From a virus: a DNA stretch of 64,000 nt. Shown in pieces: positions 8,691-17,122 of the stretch; the stretch's first letter is position 1; each line of letters opens with the position of its first letter. A program made the position numbers and the translations under genes. The stretch lies in IMG/VR virus record IMGVR_UViG_3300045135_002242, positions 31,790-95,789 of that record; one strand, 5' to 3'. The notes under the pieces were generated by a model. The model saw only the letters and a list, made by a program, of their open reading frames with translations. It had not been told where the DNA came from and did no database searches.

Positions 8691-10502
8691 ATGTATAGCC
8701 CTTGGGATCAACTACCTGCCCCAGAACCTAGCTCTATTGAGTATCCTTTGGGGCATTTTTACCAAAACACTGCTAAGTATCTTATCAAGGATACTGTCCG
8801 TATTATGGATAATGGTCTTAATATAGACTTTGACAAAGTTATTGAACTTGAAGCTGTTCTTAAAGAGCAGCTTGAAGAAGTAGGCAAAGAACTAAGCCAA
8901 AATCCTTTAATAAAAAACTACTTGGAACAAAGATATTCGTCTCAAGTTAAAGAGTACATTAAAGATAGAAAATCTAAAATGAGAGACGTTTCCTACTACC
9001 TCAAACCTTTTAAATTTAAAGATATGACTCATCGTAGCTACTTTATGGATGAGTATGCTAAATTACAAGGATGGGGCAGTCCTGAGGAAAAACTTCCAAC
9101 AGGTGTTCCTAAATGGTCTGTAAAACTAGTTAAGCAATACGCAAAAACTAACAGATTATTAAGGATGATGTTGGAAGGTAAGAGTCCTGGCCCTACAAAT
9201 ATTATCAATAAAGCTATGAACAGACTAGCCCAAGATAAGGCAACAATCTACAACGAAAAGTATGTTAGCCAAGTAAAAAAGCCAGAAGTACCTTTTCCTA
9301 AGTTTAATCCTAGTTCTCCCCAGCAGAAACAAGAGTTGTTTAAAATGCTTGGTATAGAATCAGAAGAAACTTCAAAAGACACAGGACTGCCCAAGTGGGA
9401 TAGAGCACAAGTAGAACGAGTTAATGCTGAAACAGACAATCCAGATGTAAAACATTTTACTCAATGTTTTATTGATCATTCTTTTGCAGCTATTATTAAA
9501 AATAACTTCATCGAAGCTTTCTATAACTATACGGTAGAAGGTCGTTTATATGGCCAATATAACCTCCTAGGAGCTAAATCAGGCAGGTATACTAGCTCTA
9601 ACCCTAACATGCTTAATGCCCCCTCTACAGGCTCTAGATTTGCTAAGCCAGTTAAAAAGTGCTTTACTGCCCCTTCTGGTAAAGTAATTATGGCTGCAGA
9701 TTACAACGCCCTAGAAGATAGGGTTATCGCCTCGCTTTCAAGAGATACTAACAAATGTGATATCTTTCTTAAAAACTTAGATGGGCACTCCTTGAACGCT
9801 CTAGGTTATTTTCCAGACCGCATTAAAAATCTTATTACTTTGACTGGAGATGTGCCTACCGATGTTAAAGCGTTTAAAGAACTAGTGGATAATGGAAACT
9901 CAGAGGCTAAAGATATCAGGCAAGAGTCTAAAGGGCCTACCTTTGGCCTAGCTTATGGCGCTTTCCCTCCTAAAATTGCAGCTACTTTAAAAATTACTTT
10001 GGAGCAAGCTACGGAAATTTTTAATAATTACCATAAAGTTTTGTATCCAGGTATTACAGAGTACCGTGAAAACTACGTACTGCCTATTGCAAGAGAGAAT
10101 GGTGAGATCCACCTAGGTTTAGGGTTTACCTTAAAAACGGATGATGCAGATAGGGATATTAGAACTTTGTCTAACGCTACTTGCCAGTTTTGGTCTATCT
10201 TAACAGCTTTGACTATTAATAAAATGCATAACCTTATTGACCAAGCAGGCTACGAAGAAGATGTAAAAGTTATATCTACAATCTATGATTCTATTTACTT
10301 TGAAGTGACTAGTGACCCTAAAATTATTAAATGGGTAAATGATAACCTTATTAAAGTCATGGTAGTAGACTTTATGGAAAATCAAACAATCAGTAATGAA
10401 GCAGAGTGTGAGATTGGGTATAACTGGGCAGATATGGAAACCCTACCTATCAATGCTTCTGTACTACAAATCAAACAAGTAATTAAAAAGTTACCTAAAT
10501 AA
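8691..10502 (+). CDS. DNA polymerase family A, polymerase subunit
   Basis: SGRYTSSNPNMLN, motif A ADYNALEDR, motif B RQESKGPTFGLAYG, motif C IYDSI. Confidence 0.9.
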   Translation: MYSPWDQLPAPEPSSIEYPLGHFYQNTAKYLIKDTVRIMDNGLNIDFDKVIELEAVLKEQLEEVGKELSQNPLIKNYLEQRYSSQVKEYIKDRKSKMRDVSYYLKPFKFKDMTHRSYFMDEYAKLQGWGSPEEKLPTGVPKWSVKLVKQYAKTNRLLRMMLEGKSPGPTNIINKAMNRLAQDKATIYNEKYVSQVKKPEVPFPKFNPSSPQQKQELFKMLGIESEETSKDTGLPKWDRAQVERVNAETDNPDVKHFTQCFIDHSFAAIIKNNFIEAFYNYTVEGRLYGQYNLLGAKSGRYTSSNPNMLNAPSTGSRFAKPVKKCFTAPSGKVIMAADYNALEDRVIASLSRDTNKCDIFLKNLDGHSLNALGYFPDRIKNLITLTGDVPTDVKAFKELVDNGNSEAKDIRQESKGPTFGLAYGAFPPKIAATLKITLEQATEIFNNYHKVLYPGITEYRENYVLPIARENGEIHLGLGFTLKTDDADRDIRTLSNATCQFWSILTALTINKMHNLIDQAGYEEDVKVISTIYDSIYFEVTSDPKIIKWVNDNLIKVMVVDFMENQTISNEAECEIGYNWADMETLPINASVLQIKQVIKKLPK

Positions 10503-10506
10503 AATC

Positions 10507-10567
10507 GAGCAAGGTGTTCCTTTCCACCTGTGAGCCTTTTCGGTGGGGTGCTCAATAATCACCGAAA
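10507..10567 (+). ncRNA. Candidate pseudoknotted structured RNA
   Basis: GAGCA/TGCTC, AGGTG/CACCT and crossing TTTCGGTG/CACCGAAA stems in a GC-rich intergenic island. Confidence 0.4.
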
Positions 10568-10575
10568 CTAGACTC

Positions 10576-10604
10576 TTGTTATTTACTAACTTCATTGCTA
10601 TACT
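10576..10604 (+). promoter_or_regulatory. sigma70-type promoter (extended -10)
   Basis: TTGTTA-17 nt-TATACT with TG at the extended -10 position. Confidence 0.6.
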
Positions 10605-10632
10605 TTGATTTTTGCTGTGAAGGATTTTCTCT

Positions 10633-11061
10633 ATGAAAAAATCAATGTCTGTTGAAAATATGCTTGGCGGCTGTATTACAGATATGCTATTTTATATTAA
10701 TCAACTGCATCTCACTCATTGGCTTACTCTTAAAAACCATCATCATGTAGTAGTTGGTACTCTTTACTCTGAACTAGAAGAAGAACTAGACAGCTTAGCT
10801 GAGCAGTTTTTAGGGGCCTCTTTGCCCGAAATGAAACCAGAAGAAGCGTTGCATTTATCATATGGCGTAAAAGAGCCTCGTTACTACAAGGTAATAAAGA
10901 GTGAGGCTGATATTATTGCTCTTGTTGATGAAATTACAAGACGTGCCCAAAAAGGATTAAAATTGGTAGAAGATAATCCTAAATTTTCTTTTATGAGAGA
11001 TTCTATTATGGATATGATCGCCGTGCTTCATAGCGCTAAATACCAAATCACCCAAGAGTAA
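10633..11061 (+). CDS. Ferritin/Dps-like four-helix protein (moron)
   Basis: HLTHW...HHHVVVGTLYSELEEELDSLAEQ Dps-like motif; has its own promoter and terminator. Confidence 0.7.
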   Translation: MKKSMSVENMLGGCITDMLFYINQLHLTHWLTLKNHHHVVVGTLYSELEEELDSLAEQFLGASLPEMKPEEALHLSYGVKEPRYYKVIKSEADIIALVDEITRRAQKGLKLVEDNPKFSFMRDSIMDMIAVLHSAKYQITQE

Positions 11062-11081
11062 TTACAAATACATTTTTAACT

Positions 11082-11106
11082 AAAAACCTCCTACGGGAGG
11101 TTTTTT
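11082..11106 (+). terminator. Rho-independent terminator (possibly bidirectional)
   Basis: AAAAA CCTCC TACG GGAGG TTTTTT. Confidence 0.85.
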
Positions 11107-11125
11107 GCCCTAAAGGATTACCTAT

Positions 11126-11536
11126 TTGTTAACATTTAACCTACCAATTTACTGGACTCAGCACTATAAAACAAAACCTGATAAGACTGTTTTAGCTTCT
11201 ATGAATTGGTACCGTAATGCAAATTACTATGCTCAAAATAACATGAAAAAAGATTTCCACGCATTAGTAGATTCACAGCTTTCAGGTGAGGCTATTAAAA
11301 ACGCTTATACTTTGAATATGGAAATTTATTATAAGAACCCTTCCTGTGACGGAGCTAATATAGCACCTTTGGTAGAAAAATTTGTTTTAGACGCTCTTCA
11401 AGCTGCTAATGTCGTAGTAAATGATAACGTAAACTACCACAAAGGAAGTACTTGGAAAATAGTAGAACAGGACAAAAATAACCCACGATGCCTCGTTACA
11501 GTTGTACCAATTAAACTTAATTCAGGAGACCAATAG
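11126..11536 (+). CDS. RusA-like Holliday junction resolvase
   Basis: SMNWYRN, DGANI...KFVLDALQ...VNDN, DKNNPR motifs. Confidence 0.75.
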   Translation: MLTFNLPIYWTQHYKTKPDKTVLASMNWYRNANYYAQNNMKKDFHALVDSQLSGEAIKNAYTLNMEIYYKNPSCDGANIAPLVEKFVLDALQAANVVVNDNVNYHKGSTWKIVEQDKNNPRCLVTVVPIKLNSGDQ

Positions 11537-13263
11537 TGCTTGATTTTGCTAAAAAACTATTAAAAAAACATTATTGTAGACCTAACGAGTCTATTAAAGA
11601 AGCCTTTAAACGTGCTAGCGATTGTTTTGCTTCTAACGATTTACATAGCCAGCGACTGCAAAGCTACCTAGAAAAAGAATGGTTTATGTATAGTTCTCCC
11701 GTTTTAAGTAACGCAGTGCTGCCAGGAGAAAAAGTTAAAGGACTACCTATTAGCTGTTTTTTAACTTTTGTACCAGACAGTATTGAGGGCCTGTGTGCTC
11801 ACACCACAGAAGAACGTTGGTTGTCTGTTAAAGGGGGTGGTGTAGGAGGCCACTGGAGTGGTGTTAGAAGCATTTCAGATAAGACCCCAGGGGTCAACGG
11901 CTTCCTGCACACTGTTGACGCCGATATGGTGGCTTATAGGCAAGGCAAAACCAGACGAGGCAGTTACGCAGCGTACCTAGATGTAAGCCACCCAGAAATC
12001 GTAGAATTTATTAAAATGCGAACACCTACGGGGGACTTAAACCGTAAAAATCTAAATCTACACCATGGTGTTAATATTACAGACGCTTTTATTGAGGCAG
12101 TCAACGAAGACTTAGATTGGTCATTAATTGATCCTCATAACCAAAAAGTAGTTGAAGTTGTTAAAGCTAGGGCTATTTGGGAAGAAATTCTTGTAGCTAG
12201 GTTCCGTACTGGTGAACCTTACATTAACTACCTTGACGAAGCTAACAGAAAAATGCACCCAGCTTTAAAGGCTGCAGGGCTAAAGATTAATGGCAGTAAC
12301 TTATGTAACGAGATTCATTTACCTACTTCTGAAGACCGTTCAGCAGTTTGCTGCTTATCTTCTGTTAATTTAGCTAAATTTGATCAGTGGAAAGATAATC
12401 CTTACTTCATTGGGGATCTTATTGAAATGCTTGACAATGTCTTGCAATTCTTTATTGATAATGCCCCTGATGAACTCAGCAAAACTAAATACTCAGCAGA
12501 AAGGGAACGTTCCTTGGGGTTAGGTGCTATGGGCTTTCACGACTACCTAATGGCTCACGGTATTCCTTTTGAAAGTAGCTTAGCTATTGCTGTTAATAAG
12601 AAAATGTTTTCTACTATTAAAAATAATGCCTTAGCAAAAACTACTCAGCTGGCTTTGGTTAGAGGTCAGGCCCCAGACGCTATTGGGTATGGTGTTAGAA
12701 ACACCCATCTTTTAGCTATCGCTCCTAATGCTAATAGCTCTATTATTTTGGGGGTATCTCCTTCTATTGAGCCAAGGTCCTCCAACTGTTATACCCATAA
12801 AACCCGTATTGGAAGCCACTTAGTTAAAAACCCTGCACTAATGGATGTATTGACTAGTTATAATAAAAACTCTAAAGAAGTATGGGACTCTATCATGGAA
12901 AATGATGGTTCTGTGCAGCACCTAGATTTTCTTTCTAAGGACGAAAAAGATGTGTTTAAAACAGCTTTTGAGATTGACCAGCACTGGGTAGTAGAAATGG
13001 CAAGAAGTAGGCAAGAGTACCTGTGTCAGGGGCAGTCAGTTAACTTGTTCTTCCCAGCAGGAGCAAATAAAAGTTATGTAAATGCAGTACACAGAAGAGC
13101 GTTTAAGCCTGCTGATAATGTAGGACATCCTCTCAAAGGCGTATACTACTTACGTACTGAGTCTAGTAAAAAGACAGAAAAAGTGAATATTAAGATTGAA
13201 CGTCAAGCACTACAAGATGGAGTGCAAGGCTCACTTGATACGTGTTTGGCCTGTGAAGGTTGA
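11536..13263 (+). CDS. nrdA: Class I ribonucleotide reductase alpha subunit (short, no ATP cone)
   Basis: PISCF, GGGVG, SNLCNEI, VCCLSS, APNANSS, CQGQSVN, YYLR, C-terminal CLACEG. Confidence 0.95.
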   Translation: MLDFAKKLLKKHYCRPNESIKEAFKRASDCFASNDLHSQRLQSYLEKEWFMYSSPVLSNAVLPGEKVKGLPISCFLTFVPDSIEGLCAHTTEERWLSVKGGGVGGHWSGVRSISDKTPGVNGFLHTVDADMVAYRQGKTRRGSYAAYLDVSHPEIVEFIKMRTPTGDLNRKNLNLHHGVNITDAFIEAVNEDLDWSLIDPHNQKVVEVVKARAIWEEILVARFRTGEPYINYLDEANRKMHPALKAAGLKINGSNLCNEIHLPTSEDRSAVCCLSSVNLAKFDQWKDNPYFIGDLIEMLDNVLQFFIDNAPDELSKTKYSAERERSLGLGAMGFHDYLMAHGIPFESSLAIAVNKKMFSTIKNNALAKTTQLALVRGQAPDAIGYGVRNTHLLAIAPNANSSIILGVSPSIEPRSSNCYTHKTRIGSHLVKNPALMDVLTSYNKNSKEVWDSIMENDGSVQHLDFLSKDEKDVFKTAFEIDQHWVVEMARSRQEYLCQGQSVNLFFPAGANKSYVNAVHRRAFKPADNVGHPLKGVYYLRTESSKKTEKVNIKIERQALQDGVQGSLDTCLACEG

Positions 13264-13277
13264 TAAAGGAGTAAACT

Positions 13278-13373
13278 ATGAATACTTATATTGGGACAAA
13301 ACTAGTTAATGTTGTTCCTTGGCTGGCTTCCCAGACTGATGTACTTTCTGAAGATTGGAGTATTGTTGACTAA
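13278..13373 (+). CDS. 31-aa mini-protein or internally deleted DUF2829 (Tad2-like) remnant
   Basis: AAGGAG RBS; MNTYIGTKLVNVVPWLASQTDVLSEDWSIVD; TAATG coupling to nrdB. Confidence 0.6.
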   Translation: MNTYIGTKLVNVVPWLASQTDVLSEDWSIVD

Positions 13374-14302
13374 TGCTGAATGAATCTAGTAAAACATACA
13401 AACCTCTAAGGTACCCTCAAGCAGAAGAGTTTAGACTCCAATCAGAGGACATCCACTGGATTGTAAAAGAAGTAGAAATGACAAAAGACCTTGAGGACTT
13501 TAAGGCAGCTTCTTATGAAGAAAAAGAATTCATCAAAAATATTTTGTCTATTTTTACGCAATCCGACTTTAACGTTGCTGCAGGGTATTTGCCTCTAATC
13601 AATAAGATTAAAAATAATGAGGTAAGGGGTATGCTCACAAGTTTTATGGCTCGTGAGTTTATTCACCAAGAAGGTTATGCCCACTTAAATGAGTCATTAG
13701 GATTCCCCGATAGCTATTATACAGACTTTTTAGAACACCAAGAAACCTTGGAAAAAGATTCTTATATGTCTAATACCTTGTTTGAGAGTTTTGGTCTAAA
13801 ACTTGCTAAAGGGATTCTACTGGAGGGTATTAGCCTTTTTGGTAGCTTTATTATGCTTAAGAACTTTGAGCGTGTAGGTAAGTATCTAGGTATGTGTACT
13901 ATTAATGAGTGGTCTCTAAGAGATGAATCCCTACATGTAGAAGGTAATGCTTGGCTATTTAGGACTTGGTGCCAAGAAAACCCTGAAGAGGTGAATGATA
14001 CTTTTAAACGTCATATCTATACTATGGCTAGAGAAATCGTAGACCTAGAAACTAGCTTTATTGATTTCGCTTTTGGTACTTATTCCCCTCCTAACTTAGA
14101 AAAAGATGATGTAAAAGAGTACATTAGGTACATCGCAGATCGCCGCTTAGTTCAGTTGGGTCTTAAACCTAATTTTGATAGAAGCACAAATCCGTTACCT
14201 TGGATGGATGAACTTAATAATGGCAGCTCATTTGCTAACTTTTTTGAAAAACGGGTAACAGATTATAGCGTTGCAGGAATGCAAGGCGAATTTACCTATT
14301 AA
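13373..14302 (+). CDS. nrdB: Class I ribonucleotide reductase beta subunit
   Basis: FTQSD, EFIHQEGY, LEGISLFGSF, DESLH, NFFEKRVTDY. Confidence 0.95.
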   Translation: MLNESSKTYKPLRYPQAEEFRLQSEDIHWIVKEVEMTKDLEDFKAASYEEKEFIKNILSIFTQSDFNVAAGYLPLINKIKNNEVRGMLTSFMAREFIHQEGYAHLNESLGFPDSYYTDFLEHQETLEKDSYMSNTLFESFGLKLAKGILLEGISLFGSFIMLKNFERVGKYLGMCTINEWSLRDESLHVEGNAWLFRTWCQENPEEVNDTFKRHIYTMAREIVDLETSFIDFAFGTYSPPNLEKDDVKEYIRYIADRRLVQLGLKPNFDRSTNPLPWMDELNNGSSFANFFEKRVTDYSVAGMQGEFTY

Positions 14303-14304
14303 TA

Positions 14305-14324
14305 GGTAAGGGGTAACCCTTACC
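14305..14324 (+). other. GNRA-capped 8-bp hairpin after nrdB
   Basis: GGTAAGGG GTAA CCCTTACC; no clear U-tract. Confidence 0.5.
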
Positions 14325-14349
14325 AATTAACTTAATATAAGGAACATTA

Positions 14350-14679
14350 ATGACTGACGACCTTTTAAAAACCAGAAGCAAAGACTATGGTAATTTTCAC
14401 ACTTTAGCTAATCTATCTCAAACACTAAATTCAATTATTGCACAACATTATAATAACGTACAGCAACAAGAATTTACTCCTATGCCTCATTTCATGGCAG
14501 AAGCCCTTCAAATGATTTGTCATAAGATTTCTAGAATTGTTAATGGTAATATTTATTATGACGATAGTTGGAAAGATATCGCAGGTTACGCTCAATTAGT
14601 AGTAGATATTTTAGAAAAAGCTCAGACGGCTGAAAAAACTAATGAACTAAATAACACAGAAAAAGCCGAGGAAACTTGA
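14350..14679 (+). CDS. DUF6378-like phage protein
   Basis: RSKDYGNF...HKISRIVNG...DSWKDIAGYAQLV pattern. Confidence 0.7.
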   Translation: MTDDLLKTRSKDYGNFHTLANLSQTLNSIIAQHYNNVQQQEFTPMPHFMAEALQMICHKISRIVNGNIYYDDSWKDIAGYAQLVVDILEKAQTAEKTNELNNTEKAEET

Positions 14680-14680
14680 T

Positions 14681-16114
14681 ATGGCAGAAATTTCTTTTGA
14701 ACTCCCCCGAGACGTTACTCGTATTTGGGATTTACCGGTACCCATTATTGTAAATAATGATACTAAAACTATTAAAGCATACCTCACAGGGGCTATTGAC
14801 GAGCCTTCTCTTTACAACGAGCTATGCTACTTGCTGGATGAAGCATCTTCGGATACTACCGTAGATATTTTTATTAATACCCCTGGAGGAGTTGTAGACT
14901 CCGCTTTTATGATTGCTAACGCCATTAAATCCTCTAAAGCTAAAGTGGTAGGTTATCTCTCAGGGACCGTCGCTTCAGCAGGTACTATTATTTCCATGGT
15001 GTGTGATGAGTTGAAAGTTACTCCCCACCTTTCATTTATGATCCATAATTATTCTGGTGGTATGGCAGGTTGACTAATAGCCTTTTGTAGAAGTGATTCT
15101 ACATCAAAACTCACTTAAACGGGGAAACTCTGACCGTGTAATGACGAAGACAATCCCGTACTAAATTAATTTTTCCACATTGGTAAATCAATGTAAGTAT
15201 GGTATAATAAGGGACATAAAAGCTTAAAACATAGGAGTATTTATGTTAACCCAAACCTTATTAAAAGAAAAACTAAACTATGATCCAATAACAGGTATAT
15301 TTACTTGGAAGCAGGGTAAATATAAAAACAAACCTGCAGGAACAATAGCAGGTAAGTTACCTGACCAAGGTTATGTGCGTATTAATATTGACAAAAAAGA
15401 ATATAAAGCACATAGATTAGCTTGGTTATATATGTATGGTGTATTTCCTCCTAAACATTTGGATCATATAAATAGGAATCGTGAAGATAATTCTATTGCA
15501 AATCTTCGTATAGCTGATGATTCTATAAATAGCAAAAATAAGACTATTTATAAAAACAATTCAACCGGATTCCATGGCGTTACTGCGCATGGTAGCCGTT
15601 GGAGAGCAAGAATTAATGTCAAAGGTAAAAAAATACATTTAGGCATATTTGACACAGCAGAGGAAGCTGCAGCTTGTAGAAAACAAGCAGAGCAAAAATA
15701 CGGATTTCACAAAAACCATGGAAAAATTATAAATGTCTAACGACTATCCCGTAAGCCAATAAAGGGAGTACACTACAAGCAAACGGTAGTGGAAATAGTG
15801 AGAATCCTTATAGGATTTTGATATAGTCTAGACTGCATAGAAATATGCAGAAGTTCATGGAAGCTTTCCCCTGAGAACTGGCGTAGAGGTTGCGTTCTAC
15901 GTTGAATATACCGAAAGGTCATGAAATGAAAGCGCGCCAAAAATTTACTGATGACCATCTTAACGAGGCCTTTAAAACTTACTATACAGGATTTCTGACA
16001 GAAGAAGAAATGGATAAAGTAATTGAAGGCACAGACCTATGGATGGGCACTGATGAGGTGGTAGAGCGCTGGAATAATCGCACTAGCTACACTAAAGGAG
16101 AAACTAATGACTGA
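14681..16114 (+). CDS. ClpP-like (S14) protease, spliced: exon 1 14681-15070, exon 2 15914-16114 (196 aa)
   Basis: INTPGG, VASAG (Ser), FMIH (His) in exon 1; TDLWM (Asp) in exon 2; in-frame join HNYSGGMAG|KGHEMKA. Confidence 0.85.
15180..15208 (+). promoter_or_regulatory. Internal promoter of the intron endonuclease
   Basis: TTGGTA-17 nt-TATAAT with extended -10 TG; AGGAG RBS before 15243. Confidence 0.55.
15243..15740 (+). CDS. Intron-encoded HNH-AP2 homing endonuclease
   Basis: YKAHRLAWLY...DHINRNREDNSIANLR HNH core; GFHGV...WRARI...HLGIFDTAEEAA AP2 domain; lies in the P6 loop with its stop overlapping J6/7. Confidence 0.9.
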   Translation: MLTQTLLKEKLNYDPITGIFTWKQGKYKNKPAGTIAGKLPDQGYVRINIDKKEYKAHRLAWLYMYGVFPPKHLDHINRNREDNSIANLRIADDSINSKNKTIYKNNSTGFHGVTAHGSRWRARINVKGKKIHLGIFDTAEEAAACRKQAEQKYGFHKNHGKIINV

Positions 16115-16328
16115 TCCCAATTCTTTTGAGGATATGATGTCCTCTTTTACAAATGTTTTACAGCCTGGGGGCGCTTCGCTCCCTCGCTGCTCTGAAGGCA
16201 AACAACTAAGTATTGATGAAGAGGTAAGAAAAGTAACCCTTGGCCTTTTAAAAGAAGAAGTGCTTTCTGACGCTCAAGTAAAACTACTAAGCACTTGTTT
16301 AAACTACATTACCGCTATTAGGTACTAA
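16107..16328 (+). CDS. Hypothetical protein
   Basis: AAGGAG RBS, operon packing. Confidence 0.6.
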   Translation: MTDPNSFEDMMSSFTNVLQPGGASLPRCSEGKQLSIDEEVRKVTLGLLKEEVLSDAQVKLLSTCLNYITAIRY

Positions 16329-16329
16329 T

Positions 16330-16674
16330 ATGGACCCAATTAAAGGAATTATCCAGTTTAATAAGGATCGTAATCTTACCAAGTTTGACCCTGTTGCAGA
16401 GTATGCTATGCTGGAAGAGGAGCTCTTAGAGTTCTATGCAGCGTACTCTGCACAAGATACCTATGAAATGGTAGATGCCCTCTGTGACCTCATTGTGATC
16501 GCTACAGGGGGCATCCATAAACTAGGGTATGATCCTACAGAAGCTCTGTCTGAAACAGTAAAAGAGATTACTAGCAGGCAAGGCAGCTTAAACCCCGACA
16601 CAGGTAAGTGGGAGAAAGATCGTAATCAAGATCCCAAAACTCTGTATAAAGCCCATTATTGTCCTTTGAGGTAG
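16330..16674 (+). CDS. MazG-like / PRA-PH NTP pyrophosphohydrolase
   Basis: LEEELLEF...EMVDALCDLIV all-alpha NTP-PPase motif. Confidence 0.8.
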   Translation: MDPIKGIIQFNKDRNLTKFDPVAEYAMLEEELLEFYAAYSAQDTYEMVDALCDLIVIATGGIHKLGYDPTEALSETVKEITSRQGSLNPDTGKWEKDRNQDPKTLYKAHYCPLR

Positions 16675-16676
16675 TT

Positions 16677-16955
16677 ATGGAATTTTTGGTATTAGGCCTT
16701 GTAGTAGCTGTAAACTTTATTATTATAAAGATGAAGTTAGACCGTAAACGTTGGGAAGATGCTGTTTTTGATCTTCTTACTATGCTTACGGTTATGGCTC
16801 TTTTTAGCGGGTCATATGCGGGCCTTATTGTCGGATCCGTAGCGTCACTATTTATTAGTCTTTACTTTTTTGCGAGCCCCCCTAAGTTTTTTAGCGGTAA
16901 AGAGGGGCTCTTACATACCTTTATTAAACGAGCTAAAAGGTCTGATAAGCTATGA
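16677..16955 (+). CDS. Small membrane protein
   Basis: Two to three hydrophobic segments; GAGG RBS before ATG 16677. Confidence 0.65.
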   Translation: MEFLVLGLVVAVNFIIIKMKLDRKRWEDAVFDLLTMLTVMALFSGSYAGLIVGSVASLFISLYFFASPPKFFSGKEGLLHTFIKRAKRSDKL

Positions 16956-17122
16956 TTGCTAACTTACTTCAATCTATTGGTATAGTATTTACATTATTAA
17001 TTATTGCATTTGTTGTAGTGATTTCTATGTATTTATCTTACATCATAGGAGTAAGCATAGTAATTATAGCTTTAATATTTATTACTTATCATATTACCTC
17101 TGCACTTAAAAAGAATAAGTAG
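16952..17122 (+). CDS. 56-aa membrane protein (not in ORF track)
   Basis: MIANLLQSIGIVFTLLIIAFVVVISMYLSYIIGVSIVIIALIFITYHITSALKKNK; ATGA coupling to the upstream gene. Confidence 0.6.
   Translation: MIANLLQSIGIVFTLLIIAFVVVISMYLSYIIGVSIVIIALIFITYHITSALKKNK

Larger units (their letters stand above)
15071..15913 (+). mobile_element. Group I intron (IA2-like), 843 nt
   Basis: 5' exon ends in U, paired AGGU/GCCU (P1); P3 CTCACT/AGTGAG; P4 region AAACGGGGAA...AATCCCGTACT; P7 GACTA/TAGTC; two extra hairpins between P7 and P3'; terminal G at 15913; P10 TGACT/GGTCA. Confidence 0.9.

Noticed and set aside
15890-16114. Stand-alone 74-aa ORF
   Set aside because: It is exon 2 of the ClpP-like gene; its first 8 codons are intron sequence.
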